Virus record (IMG/VR): IMGVR_UViG_3300036859_000309
Span: 4,814-68,813 of that record
From: a virus
Length of the DNA: 64,000 nucleotides
Direction: 5' to 3' (one strand)
In this document: piece by piece, positions 9,980 to 20,200 of the stretch
How the letters are laid out: each line of letters starts with the position of its first letter
How positions within the stretch are numbered: the first letter of the stretch is position 1
Program-made: the position numbers and the translations under genes
Notes under the pieces: generated by a model
Told to the model about the DNA's origin: nothing
What the model saw: only the letters and a program-made list of their open reading frames with translations
The model's database searches: none

Positions 9980-10651
9980 ATGCTCAACATCTATTTCGGC
10001 CACGACGAGCGGGCCGAGGCGGGTACGACCGTGTTCGTTCGCTCGGTAATCGCGACCACGCGGCAGCCTCTGTCGCTCACGCCCATCACCAGGATGAACC
10101 TCGGTGCGCAGCCTGAGGGCTCTAACGCCTTCACGTTTCGGCGTTTCCTGGTGCCCTACCTGCAGGACTGGACTGGCTGGGCTGTGTTCGTGGACGGCAG
10201 CGACATGCTGTGCCGTGCCGATCTTGGCGAGATGCTGGCCCTGGCCGACCATCGAATGGCCGTTCAGGTGGTGAAGCACGACTACCAGACCAAGCACCCG
10301 CGCAAGTACCGCGGCACGGCCATGGAGGCCGACAACGCGGACTACGAGCGCAAGCAGTGGGCGAGTGTCATGCTGATCAACTGCAACCACTTCGGCTGGC
10401 GCAAGCTGACGCCGGAGTACGTGGCCAAGGCGGACCCCTTGCACTTGCTGCAGCTGAGATTCCTGCCTGACGAACGAATCGGCGCGCTGCCGGCCGAGTG
10501 GAACTGGCTGGCCGACGAGCACGGCGTGAACGCTGACGCCAAGTTGCTGCACTTCACGGCAGGCATCCCCGCATTCTCCGAACACCACGACGCGCCCATG
10601 GCGGACGAATGGCGCGCGCACCTTTATTTCTCAACCACAGCCACCGGCTAA
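9980..10651 (+). CDS. GT-A (GT8-like) glycosyltransferase
   Basis: SNAFTFRRFLVP, FVDGSD (DxD-like), VVKHDY, WASVMLIN, EWNWL, LLHFTAG. Confidence 0.8.
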   Translation: MLNIYFGHDERAEAGTTVFVRSVIATTRQPLSLTPITRMNLGAQPEGSNAFTFRRFLVPYLQDWTGWAVFVDGSDMLCRADLGEMLALADHRMAVQVVKHDYQTKHPRKYRGTAMEADNADYERKQWASVMLINCNHFGWRKLTPEYVAKADPLHLLQLRFLPDERIGALPAEWNWLADEHGVNADAKLLHFTAGIPAFSEHHDAPMADEWRAHLYFSTTATG

Positions 10652-10656
10652 GCAAC

Positions 10657-11100
10657 ATGAAATTCGACATCGACGCGCTCGAGCAATCGACCAACACCAC
10701 CTTCGACTTGATCGTCGGCCACAAGGACGCCGGCAAAGACGCCGAAGGCAAGCCCATGCAGGGCGATCCGGTCGGATTCAAGGTGCTGGGCCCCGGCAGT
10801 GACCAATACAACAAGGTCGAGCGGGACATCCAGATCCTGAACATCAAAGAGGCGAACACCCGCAAGGCGCCCCTGGACATGAAGACCGACGAGGGCGCCG
10901 CCGTCGCGGCCGACGGTGGCGATATGCGCCGCGACCTGGTGATCTTTGCCTGCACGGTGGGCTGGTTTGGCTTCGAAGCCAACGGCCAGCCGGCCGAGTT
11001 CAGCCGCGAGAACCTCGCTCGCGTGCTCAAGGCTAGGCCGAACTGGGCGCGCCGGCTGCTCAACGCCATCGAGAACGAGGCAAATTTCGAAGGGGCCTGA
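10657..11100 (+). CDS. Tail assembly chaperone (gpG-like)
   Basis: Upstream of tape measure; ends at a slippery heptamer. Confidence 0.8.
   Translation: MKFDIDALEQSTNTTFDLIVGHKDAGKDAEGKPMQGDPVGFKVLGPGSDQYNKVERDIQILNIKEANTRKAPLDMKTDEGAAVAADGGDMRRDLVIFACTVGWFGFEANGQPAEFSRENLARVLKARPNWARRLLNAIENEANFEGA
11082..11088 (+). other. -1 programmed ribosomal frameshift site A AAT TTC
   Basis: X XXY YYZ in frame with the chaperone; the -1 frame is open from 11088 to the stop at 11531. Confidence 0.8.
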
Positions 11101-11531
11101 CGGCGGCCCTGCTTGAGTTCGCCCGCGCGCATTTCGCGCTGTCAAAGCCCGATCCGAAGACGGGCAAGACCCGGCTCAAGCTGCTGATCGAGATCCGGGA
11201 ACAGACCGGTGTCGTTGCTCCCGAGCTGGAGCGGCTGCCGGCGCTCCCGATCGAAACCGCCCACGTGTGGGAGTGGTACCAGGACCTGAGCGCGGCCCGC
11301 GGCGCGGGCTTCAGCATCAACGCCATCGCCTGGACGGATATGTGGGCGTTCTTCGACCTGAAGCGCTTCCGTCCGGAGCCCTGGGAAGTGCAGGCGATCC
11401 GAGCGCTTGACGACGCATTCCTGATGAGTCGGCTCGATGCGACCACCAGCGCCGTAGCGGGTGCGAAGACCCTGAAGAACCAGATGACGGGCAACGCCGC
11501 CAGGAATGGCGCGCCGCCAACGGGGAAGTGA
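11088..11531 (+). CDS. Frameshift extension (gpGT-like) of tail assembly chaperone
   Basis: Open -1 frame ...AHVWEWYQDLSAARG...PWEVQAIRALD. Confidence 0.78.
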   Translation, partial: RRGLTAALLEFARAHFALSKPDPKTGKTRLKLLIEIREQTGVVAPELERLPALPIETAHVWEWYQDLSAARGAGFSINAIAWTDMWAFFDLKRFRPEPWEVQAIRALDDAFLMSRLDATTSAVAGAKTLKNQMTGNAARNGAPPTGK

Positions 11532-11532
11532 T

Positions 11533-14500
11533 ATGGCAGATGTGATTGGCCAAGCAGTCATCGAGGTCACAGCGGACGCCAGCGGTGTCAGCGCGGGCAT
11601 CGCGCAGGCTACGCAGGCAGTAAAAGCCTTCGAGCAGGCCGCCGTCAGCTCCGGCACGAAGGCCGGCGCGGCGCTGACCAAGGCGACGAAGGACACCAGC
11701 GTCACGTCCGCGCAGCTCACGCGCGAGCAAGAGCGGCTGATCTCCACGATCGACAGATACAGCCAGACCGTGGGCAAGACTCGCGGCGAAGTGCTCGAGC
11801 TGCGGGCCGCGCAGGGCGGCGTGACATCCCAGGTCCAGGCGCAGATCGCCGCGATCAAGGCCGCCGAGGCGGCCCAAGCTGCGGCCGCTCAGACCACGGC
11901 CAAGCAGGCGGAGGCCCAGAGGGATCTCGCGCGTGCGCAGCGCGAGGCTGCCCAGGCTCAGACCAGGAAGGAGGACTTCGTCAGTTCGCTGCGTCTGCAG
12001 GCAGATTCGATCGGCAAGACGCGCTCGCAGCTCCTGGAACTGCAGGCCGCGCAGTTGGGCGTCACGGCGCAAGCGGCTCCCTTCATCGCGAGGATTCGCG
12101 AATCCGAGGCGGCGCTGGGGAAGGGCGGCAAGGAACTGAACAAGTACGGCCAGAGCGCCGCCCAGACGGCTGCGGCGCTTCGAGGAGTACCGGCGCAGGT
12201 CACCGACATCGTCACCTCGCTGCAGGGCGGCCAGGCGCCGCTCACGGTCTTTTTGCAGCAGGGCGGCCAGCTGCGCGACATGTTCGGCGGGGTCACGCCG
12301 GCGGCAAAGGCGCTGGGCGGCGCGCTGTTGGGGCTGATCAATCCCTTCACCGTCGTCGCGGCGGCCGTCGCGACGCTAGGAGTCGCCTACTTCCAGGGCT
12401 CCAAGGAAGCCGACGACTACCGCAAAGCGCTGGTGCTCACCGGCAACGTTGCGGGCTTGACGACCGCGCAGCTGCAGATCATGGCCCGGAACATCGATGC
12501 GTCGGTGGGGACTCAGCACCAGGCGGCCGAGGCACTGGCGGCCATCGCGGCGACTGGCCAGGTTGCCGGTACCGACCTGGAGAAGTTCGGGGCCACGGCG
12601 GTCCGGATCAGCCGCACTGTGGGCACCAGCATCGAGGACACCGCAAAGCAGTTCGCTGAGCTCGGCAAGGACCCCGTCAGGGCCAGCGAGAAGCTCAACG
12701 AGAGCATGAACTACCTGACCCTGGCGGTGTATGACCAGATCAGGGCAGCGCAGGAGAACGGCCGCGAACAGGAGGCCGCATCGATCGCGCAGAACGCCTA
12801 TGCCGATGCGATGGACAAGCGCACGGCCAAGCTCGAGGCGAACCTCGGCATCATCCAGCGCGCTTGGCGCACCGTGTCTGATGTTGCCAAGGAGGGCTGG
12901 GACCAGATCCTCGGCATCGGCCGCCCGGACGGTCCCGGCGAGAACGCCATGCCGCGGTGGAGCGCGGCCGCGCTGGCGCCTGCCCTGCTGCCGGGTGAGA
13001 TCGGGCGCGGCCTGCGGGGCCTGATCAGCAACGCGACCACGAGCGATGCAGATCGCGAAGCCGCCGCCGAGACGCGCCGCCTTGCTGCCCGTTCGGCCAC
13101 CGCCGAAGCTGCGATGGAGCGCGAGCAGGCCATTACGAACAAGATGCAGATCGATGCCCGCAAGCGCCTCGACGAGCAGAAGAAGGCTACTCGCTCCCGC
13201 GCCGAGCAGCGTGCCGACGAGATCAAGCAGCTCGATCGGGATGCCAAGGCTGTCGGGCTCAGCAGCGACGAGTACAACAAGCGCGTCGCCGCCATCAACG
13301 AGAAGTACAAGGACCCGAAGGGCCCGAAGGCGCGTGAGTTCCAGGACGATGCGGCGACCAAGTACCTGATGCAGCTGCGGGAGACCGAGGCATCCCTGAA
13401 AGAGCAGCTGACGCAGAACGAGAAGCTCACCGCGTCTCAGCGTGAGCTGGCCAGGTTCGAGCAGCAGATCGCGGACATCAAGGAAAAGAAGACCCTCACG
13501 GCCGATCAAAAGAGCCTGCTGGCCAACCAGTCGGCGATCGAGGCGCAGCTGAAGAAGAACGTCGAGATCGAGAACGAGGTCAAGGCACGGGAAAAGGCGA
13601 CGAAGGAGCTCGAGAAGCAGAAGAAGCAGGCGGACGACTTCGCTCGCACGATCCAGGGCATCAACATTTCGATCGAGTCGTCGGCGCAGAGCCGAGGGGA
13701 GCAGCAGGATCGCAGTCTCGCCGCGTTCGGCCTAGGCGACCGTGCCCGCCAAGAGGTCGAGGCTCAGCGTTCGATCAGGACCGAGTACGAGCGCTATCTG
13801 CGACAGCTCACGAAGGATGCCGCTGAGAAGAACCAGCTCGGCTCCGACGCCTACAAGGAGGAGGTCGACAAGATCAAGGCCTCCCTCGACGAGCAGATCG
13901 CCAACCTGCAGAACTACTTCGATCGCGAAAAGGCCCTTCGCGAAGACTGGCGCACCGGCGCGGCCACAGCGCTGGCCAACTACATCGACGAGATCGATAA
14001 CGCTTCGAAAAGAACCCAGGACCTGGTCACGAACAGCCTCGGCGGAGTCACCGATGGCATCACCGGGCTGCTCACCGGCGACAAGGGATCCTCCTTCAAG
14101 GACATCGGCAAGCGCATCGCCGAGCAGATCACGCGCGGCATTGTCGAGCAGCAGATCACCAAGCCACTGGCCGAATGGCTGCAGGGAAGCCTGAAGGACG
14201 GGGACTCGCTGATCGGCAATTTGCTCGGTGGCCTCACGAGCAACAAGGCGACCGGTGAGAACTGGCTTGGCTTCCTCGGCCTGGGCGGCTCGAAATCCAG
14301 CTCGTCGGGTGCCGGCGCAGGCCTGGCCAGCGTCTCCACGAGCTCGAATACAGCGGCCACCTCCCTGGTGAGCCTGGCCGAGGCAGCGAACCAGGCCAGC
14401 TTCTCCTTGGGCGGTAACGGTTCGTCCGGACTGGGTGGTTCCGGCGGTGGATTCCTGGACTCCCTGGTCAGCGGTATCGCCGGCGCCTTCGGCGGCTTCT

Positions 14501-14844
14501 CCAACAGCGCGGCGACTTCGATGGCGAATGCCGCGGGCACCGGCCTTGATGGGCTATTCCGCTACACCAACAACTTTGCCGGCAGGGCGTTCGGCGGCGC
14601 GGCGAATGCCGGCTCCATGTACGAAGTCGCCGAGAACGGTCCCGAGCTCCTGACGATGGGCAACAAGACGCTGCTCATGATGGGCAAGGAATCCGGACAG
14701 GTCACGCCCATGAAGTCACAGGGACGCTCGATCTCGGTGAAAAACACCTTTGTGCTGCAGCAGCCGGCCAGTCGTGAAACCCAGGCGCAGATCTCGCGTC
14801 GCACCGGGCAATCGGTCGATGTCGCCATCCGGAGGAACTCATGA
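11533..14844 (+). CDS. Tail tape measure protein (lambda family)
   Basis: About 1100 aa Ala-rich coiled coil; PAQVTDIVTSLQGGQAPLTVFLQQGGQLRDMFGG motif. Confidence 0.95.
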   Translation: MADVIGQAVIEVTADASGVSAGIAQATQAVKAFEQAAVSSGTKAGAALTKATKDTSVTSAQLTREQERLISTIDRYSQTVGKTRGEVLELRAAQGGVTSQVQAQIAAIKAAEAAQAAAAQTTAKQAEAQRDLARAQREAAQAQTRKEDFVSSLRLQADSIGKTRSQLLELQAAQLGVTAQAAPFIARIRESEAALGKGGKELNKYGQSAAQTAAALRGVPAQVTDIVTSLQGGQAPLTVFLQQGGQLRDMFGGVTPAAKALGGALLGLINPFTVVAAAVATLGVAYFQGSKEADDYRKALVLTGNVAGLTTAQLQIMARNIDASVGTQHQAAEALAAIAATGQVAGTDLEKFGATAVRISRTVGTSIEDTAKQFAELGKDPVRASEKLNESMNYLTLAVYDQIRAAQENGREQEAASIAQNAYADAMDKRTAKLEANLGIIQRAWRTVSDVAKEGWDQILGIGRPDGPGENAMPRWSAAALAPALLPGEIGRGLRGLISNATTSDADREAAAETRRLAARSATAEAAMEREQAITNKMQIDARKRLDEQKKATRSRAEQRADEIKQLDRDAKAVGLSSDEYNKRVAAINEKYKDPKGPKAREFQDDAATKYLMQLRETEASLKEQLTQNEKLTASQRELARFEQQIADIKEKKTLTADQKSLLANQSAIEAQLKKNVEIENEVKAREKATKELEKQKKQADDFARTIQGINISIESSAQSRGEQQDRSLAAFGLGDRARQEVEAQRSIRTEYERYLRQLTKDAAEKNQLGSDAYKEEVDKIKASLDEQIANLQNYFDREKALREDWRTGAATALANYIDEIDNASKRTQDLVTNSLGGVTDGITGLLTGDKGSSFKDIGKRIAEQITRGIVEQQITKPLAEWLQGSLKDGDSLIGNLLGGLTSNKATGENWLGFLGLGGSKSSSSGAGAGLASVSTSSNTAATSLVSLAEAANQASFSLGGNGSSGLGGSGGGFLDSLVSGIAGAFGGFSNSAATSMANAAGTGLDGLFRYTNNFAGRAFGGAANAGSMYEVAENGPELLTMGNKTLLMMGKESGQVTPMKSQGRSISVKNTFVLQQPASRETQAQISRRTGQSVDVAIRRNS

Positions 14845-15767
14845 GCGGCATCGTCGTGTACGAGGATGTGATCGTGCCGGAGTGCGTGATCATGGCCGGC
14901 GCATCTGGTAAGCAGCGCCGCCAGAACGATCGATCTGTCAACCAGGGCGGCTACGCGACCGTCAACGTCGTGAACGACAAGACGCTGCGCGAGTATCTGC
15001 TGGGCGTCAAGCCGATGGAGTTGGATCTTTGGCAGGAGATCGAGGGCCTCTACGAGGTGACCGATGCAGGCGCTTACGGGATGCTCCTCAAGGACCCTAA
15101 GGACTCTTCGGTAACGGTGGCCACCGGCGCGTTGCAAGGCTACATGGCAGGCGTCGAGTTCGGCACTCCTGGCTTCGGCAACGGGACGCCCCTCTATGGT
15201 CTTCGCCAGCTGAAGAAGGCGGCGAGTTCGACACGCACGAAGGCCGTCGTGCGCACGCGGCCGAACGGAACGCCATCGCTCTTCCGAGGCAGCTCGCCGG
15301 TGACGATCGGCGCCGCCCCAGGCAATGCGTCGCTCAGCGCCGCGCCTGTCTACGTTACGTTCGTGGCAGATGCGTCCCAGAACGTGAATGCGGTCACTGT
15401 CGGGGCCACGACTCAGGTCACGCTCGCCGCCGGGCTAGCCGGTCTCGTGATCGGTGGGCGCCTCTGGCTGCAGGACCTGACCGGTGCCGATGCAGCGCTG
15501 CTGAACAACCTGAGCCACCAGATCACCAACATCGCAGGCGCGGTCTACACGCTGGCCACGAACACGGGTGGCAAGACCATTAACGCCGCCGGCACCGGCA
15601 AGAAGTATCCGCAGCCTGACGAGGCGCTTACCTGGTCTGGCTCGTTCCATGTGCCGGTGCAGTTTGCCGAAGACGACATGGATTGGGATCTCATCAGGCC
15701 AGGCGATGATGAGGATCGTCTGGTTGCCGGGCCTTCGATCCGGCTCATCGAGATTCGCGAAGCATGA
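14841..15767 (+). CDS. Distal tail protein (DUF2460-like) with inserted domain
   Basis: After TMP; LLKDPKD and LTWSGSFHVPVQF motifs. Confidence 0.7.
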   Translation: MSGIVVYEDVIVPECVIMAGASGKQRRQNDRSVNQGGYATVNVVNDKTLREYLLGVKPMELDLWQEIEGLYEVTDAGAYGMLLKDPKDSSVTVATGALQGYMAGVEFGTPGFGNGTPLYGLRQLKKAASSTRTKAVVRTRPNGTPSLFRGSSPVTIGAAPGNASLSAAPVYVTFVADASQNVNAVTVGATTQVTLAAGLAGLVIGGRLWLQDLTGADAALLNNLSHQITNIAGAVYTLATNTGGKTINAAGTGKKYPQPDEALTWSGSFHVPVQFAEDDMDWDLIRPGDDEDRLVAGPSIRLIEIREA

Positions 15768-16627
15768 GCAAGACGATCTCGGTTGCGCTGAAGGCGCACT
15801 ACGGCCTGAACTCGACCACGATCTCCCGCCAATGGAGGTTCGAGCGCCGGGACGGCGAGGTGGTGCGCGTCACAACCTGCGCACGCGACCTCCTGATCAA
15901 CGGTGAGGTCTACCGCGCCAAGGAAGGCCTGAACCCGACCGCAATCAGCCAGGAGGCGACCGCTGCTGTCGCGAACTCCGAAGTCAACGGCACCATGGCG
16001 GCCGAGAGCGTCGACGAGGAGGAGTTGTTCGCCGGGCTCTGGGATGGCGCCTTCGTCACGGTGTTCGAGGTGAACTTCCGTGACCTGTCGATGGGCATCC
16101 TGTCGTTGCAGAGCGGGAACATCGGAGACGTCAAGGCCGGCCGGAGCGCCTTCACTGCTGAGGTGCGCGGGGTGACCCAGTCGCTTCAGAAGGTGGTTGG
16201 CCGGGTGTTCACGAAGGGCTGCCCTTGGAAGTTCGGCGACCCGGATACCTGCCGGAAGGATCTCGCGCCGCTGACCGTCACCGGCTCCCTGACGGCCTTC
16301 ACTGACCTGCGGACCTTCACCGACAGCACGCGCGCCGAGGTCGCAGATTACTTCGGTGCCGGCGTGATCACGTTCACAAGCGGAGAGAACGATGGGTTCT
16401 CTATGGAGATCTATTCCTTCGGCTCGGGTGTCTTCGTCCTGCATCTGCCGCTGCCGTTCAATCCGGCCGTCGGTGACACCTACTCTTTGACCCCGGGTTG
16501 CCGTAAGCGCTTCGACGAGGACTGCCGCACCAAATGGGGCAACGGCCCCAACTTCGGCGGCTTCCCGCTGGTGCCGGGCTCAGACAAGGTGCTCGGCCTG
16601 GGCGGCACGGAAGGGACGAATCTATGA
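15764..16627 (+). CDS. Tail hub protein (DUF2163/BR0599-like)
   Basis: CPWKFGDPDTC ... PGCRKRFDEDCRTKWGNGPNFGGFP Cys cluster. Confidence 0.88.
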   Translation: MSKTISVALKAHYGLNSTTISRQWRFERRDGEVVRVTTCARDLLINGEVYRAKEGLNPTAISQEATAAVANSEVNGTMAAESVDEEELFAGLWDGAFVTVFEVNFRDLSMGILSLQSGNIGDVKAGRSAFTAEVRGVTQSLQKVVGRVFTKGCPWKFGDPDTCRKDLAPLTVTGSLTAFTDLRTFTDSTRAEVADYFGAGVITFTSGENDGFSMEIYSFGSGVFVLHLPLPFNPAVGDTYSLTPGCRKRFDEDCRTKWGNGPNFGGFPLVPGSDKVLGLGGTEGTNL

Positions 16628-16812
16628 GCGAAAAGTCGACCTACGGCAATGGGCCTCCGATGCTCTATGGCACCGAACGCATCGGCGGCCATGCGATGCC
16701 GATCGCCGAGTTTCTTTCGTTCGTGCAGGAGGCACCAACTGTGGCGCCGCTCGACATCGTCCGCGCAGCCGCAACGGCGCATGAAGTTCTGCGCCGAGCC
16801 GCCCAGCCATGA
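16624..16812 (+). CDS. 62-aa hypothetical protein carrying a copy of the tail-tip YGTERIGG motif
   Basis: ATGA overlaps at both ends; 15/18 aa identical to tail-tip segment at 17447-17500. Confidence 0.6.
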   Translation: MSEKSTYGNGPPMLYGTERIGGHAMPIAEFLSFVQEAPTVAPLDIVRAAATAHEVLRRAAQP

Positions 16813-17291
16813 CTACCTCCGAACTCATCAACGGGGCGCCACAGGGCGCCCTTTCTGTTTCTGGGGCCCACATCGTCACCGCGGCACGCGCGCATCTTGG
16901 CGTCACCTGGATGCATCAGGGCCGCAGCCGTGAAGGCGTCGACTGCCTCGGGCTAGTGCTGCTCGTCGCGCACCAGTTCGCGCTGACCGACTTCGACACC
17001 CGCGACTACGCGCGCCAAGCCAAGGACGAATCGATGCTCGAGCAGTGCCGCGAGCACCTGTTCGAGATCCCGCGCGCCGCCGCGCAGCCGGGTGATGTCG
17101 CCGTGATGCGCTTCGCCAACAACCGGCACATCGGCATCTTCGGTGATTACGTGCACGGCGGCCTGTCCCTGATTCACGCCTTCTCTCAGGCCCCACGAAA
17201 GGTCGTAGAGCACCGCTTCTCCGACGACTGGCTGCGCGGCTATGGCGCTTCGCTGATGGGCTGCTTCCGCTTCCCTGGGATCTCCGCATGA
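16809..17291 (+). CDS. NlpC/P60 tail-tip peptidase
   Basis: HQGR..GVDCLGLV ... HIGI ... LIHA. Confidence 0.88.
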   Translation: MTTSELINGAPQGALSVSGAHIVTAARAHLGVTWMHQGRSREGVDCLGLVLLVAHQFALTDFDTRDYARQAKDESMLEQCREHLFEIPRAAAQPGDVAVMRFANNRHIGIFGDYVHGGLSLIHAFSQAPRKVVEHRFSDDWLRGYGASLMGCFRFPGISA

Positions 17292-20200
17292 GCATGCAAT
17301 CCGTCCTCGGCGTCGTCGGTGGCGTCGTCGGGTCGTTCTTCGGTTATCCGCAGCTCGGCTTCGTGGTCGGGTCCCTGGTGGGCGGTCTGCTGACGCCCAA
17401 GGAGAAGACGGAAGGACCGCGCCTCGATGATCTGAAGGTCCAGGTCAGCACCTACGGCGCAGGAATTCCGATCCTTTATGGAACGGAGCGCATCGGCGGC
17501 AATGTCATCTGGTCGACCGACAAGATCGAGACATCAACCACAGAGGAGGCAGGGAAGGGGGGCGGCGCGGAGCACACCAGTTACCGCTACTTCGTGCACA
17601 TGCGCATCGCCTTGTGCGAGACGCCGCGCGATGGGTCGACGGTCAATCTGGTCAAGATCTACAAGGACGGCAAGCTGATTTGGGACGACAGCACGGGCAT
17701 TTCAGTAGGCTCTGCGCTGGCCAGTGCCGAGAACCCCTATTCGTTCTTCACGCTGTACCAGGGTCACTCGGACCAACTGCCGGACGCTGTAGAGGAAATC
17801 TACCAAGGCGGCCCCGGCACTTTGCCTGCATACCGCGGGGTCGTCTCAATCTCGATGAAGGCGATCGAGTGCCCGGGAGGTCGGGTGCCGCAGTTCTCGT
17901 TCGTGCTCTCGACGAATGCCACGGCTTCGAGCGAGCGCCTTTTGTACGGTCTTGCCGAGGGCGACGGGGACAGCGACGCCGCGATGGTCAACGGCGAGGC
18001 CGTTCAGATCGAAAACTACCCGGCCGTTAACTCGTCGGCCGTCCGCGTCACGCGCATTCAGCGTGGGGCCTCTGTTTCCCCTCCGTCCGCGCTAACCACC
18101 CTGACGACTGCGGCTGTGCATTGGGCGGTCGTCCCGGTGAGCGGATCGAACGCAGCCAAGGCGATCCACCCTTATTCAGTTTCCGGGGCGAACTTCGCTT
18201 ACGGCCTCGTTAATTTCGACGCCGGCACAGAGACGGAGTTGATCGCCGGCACGACTTCGAGCGCATGGTGCGTGCTGAATGCTGAATATGCGATCGAGGA
18301 TCAGGTCTCAGGCACCTATCTCCTAAAGGACGCGGCACAGGTCGTGCTTTTGCCGGCAGGAACCGTCGTCTCTCTGCCGGCCAGCCCTCGCGGCGTTGGC
18401 TATTACGAAGAGTACATCTATGTGGTGACGTTCACCTCTAGCAAGTTTCAGCTTGTGAAGATGGACTCTTCCGGCACGGTCATCAGCACGATCGAGAATC
18501 CCACCATCATGGCCACCGGCCCGGTGGTTCGGGTGATCACCAAAGCCACGGGCGTCTATGTCGTGGCCCTGACAACGGACAGCCTTGGAAATCGGCCAGT
18601 CTGGAAGGTCGGGACTGCCTGGGACTTGCTTTGCGTCGATACAGGCGTCATCAACTGGTCGGCGAACTACGCAGACGTTGATTGCAACGATACCTATTGC
18701 CTGATCGGGCCGGCCCAGAACGACACAGGGGTCGGTCAGGTGTCATATCAGATGGTTCGGTTTAGCGCCATCTCCATAGATGAGGTCAAGGTCTCGGACA
18801 TCATCGCCGACCAGTGCGAGCGCGCGGGAGAGACGCGCTATGACGTCAGCGGTATTCCTGATGCCGACACGCTGCACGGCTACAAGCTCCAGAACCCGGC
18901 CAGCGCGCGCAACAACATCGATCCGCTGCTTACTGCCTTCGCGATCTACATGGTCGACGAAGACGGGCTTATCAAGTTCAAGAAGTATGAGGACATCACC
19001 TCAGAAGCCACGATCTCCTATGACGAGCTCGGTCAGGCAGAGGATGGTTCGGAGCCAGCGGATGCAATGCCGCTCAACCGAGCACAGGAGATTGATCTAC
19101 CGCGCAGCGTTGCTGTCAGCTATGTCGAGGAGACATTCGACTACCAGACGGCAACCGAGAAAGAAACGCGCCAGGTCACAGAGGCAAACGAGGATCTGAC
19201 GATCGAACTGCCGATCGCGACCGACTCCGACCGCGCCAAGAAGGTCGCGCAGATGATCCTGTTCGCGCGCTGGCGCGCACAGAACACGCGCAGCCTGAAG
19301 GTCTCGCGCAAATACGCCTTCCTCAGCCCTGGCGATGGAATCACGGTTGAATACCCGCGCGGCACCTCTCGTCTGTGGCGGATCATGAGTCAGACCGACA
19401 CGGGTGCGCTGATCGAGCTAAACGTCGAGCCTGGCGATGCGGAGATATACACACAGACCGCCATCGGAGCGAACGACTACGTGCAGCAGGAGGTTGCAGA
19501 CCTAGAGCCAGCCACGCGGACGCAGATTATCGACTCGGCCATCCTCCGGGACGAAGACAACAACGCAGGCCCTTACGTCGCGTTCGATGCAGCCGGTTCA
19601 GGATGGTCTGGCGCCGAGCTTTTCGTCGGAAATGACGATAGCGACCTGACCTCCCGCGGAACGGTTTCTACGAATGCCCCGATCGGCTTCTCTGAGGATG
19701 CACTGGGAACCTTCGGCAGCCGCGTGGTCGTTGACACCATCAATACGCTTACGGTGAGCATGGGGGACGACACGCTGAGCAGCATTACGCGGGACGTTCT
19801 CCTGGCAGGCACGAGCAACGTCGCCGCCATCGGGGCACCTGGCCGGTGGGAGTTGATCAAGTTTCAGACCGCCGACAGTCTCGGATCGGGCCGCTACACC
19901 CTGTCAACTTTCATGCGCGGACTGAAGGGCACAGAGTGGGCACGCAGTACTCATGCCGTTGGCGACATCTTCGTGCTTCTGGTGCCGTCCGGGATGCTGC
20001 GCCCGTCATCAGACGCCGGGACGGTAGGAATGCCGCGCAGCTATCGCGGCATCTCCAAGGGTCGCAGCGTCGATTCTGTTGCCTCCATCGTCTACGCCAA
20101 CACGGGAGAGGGCCTCAAGCCACTGGCGCCGTGGGATGCCCGAAAGTCGGTCTCCGCGAGCAATGACCAGACGCTGACATGGCAGCGGCGAACGCGCCTG

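Noticed and set aside
16636-17500. Diversity-generating retroelement TR/VR pair
   Set aside because: Repeat is short, mismatches are not adenine-specific, and no reverse transcriptase is present
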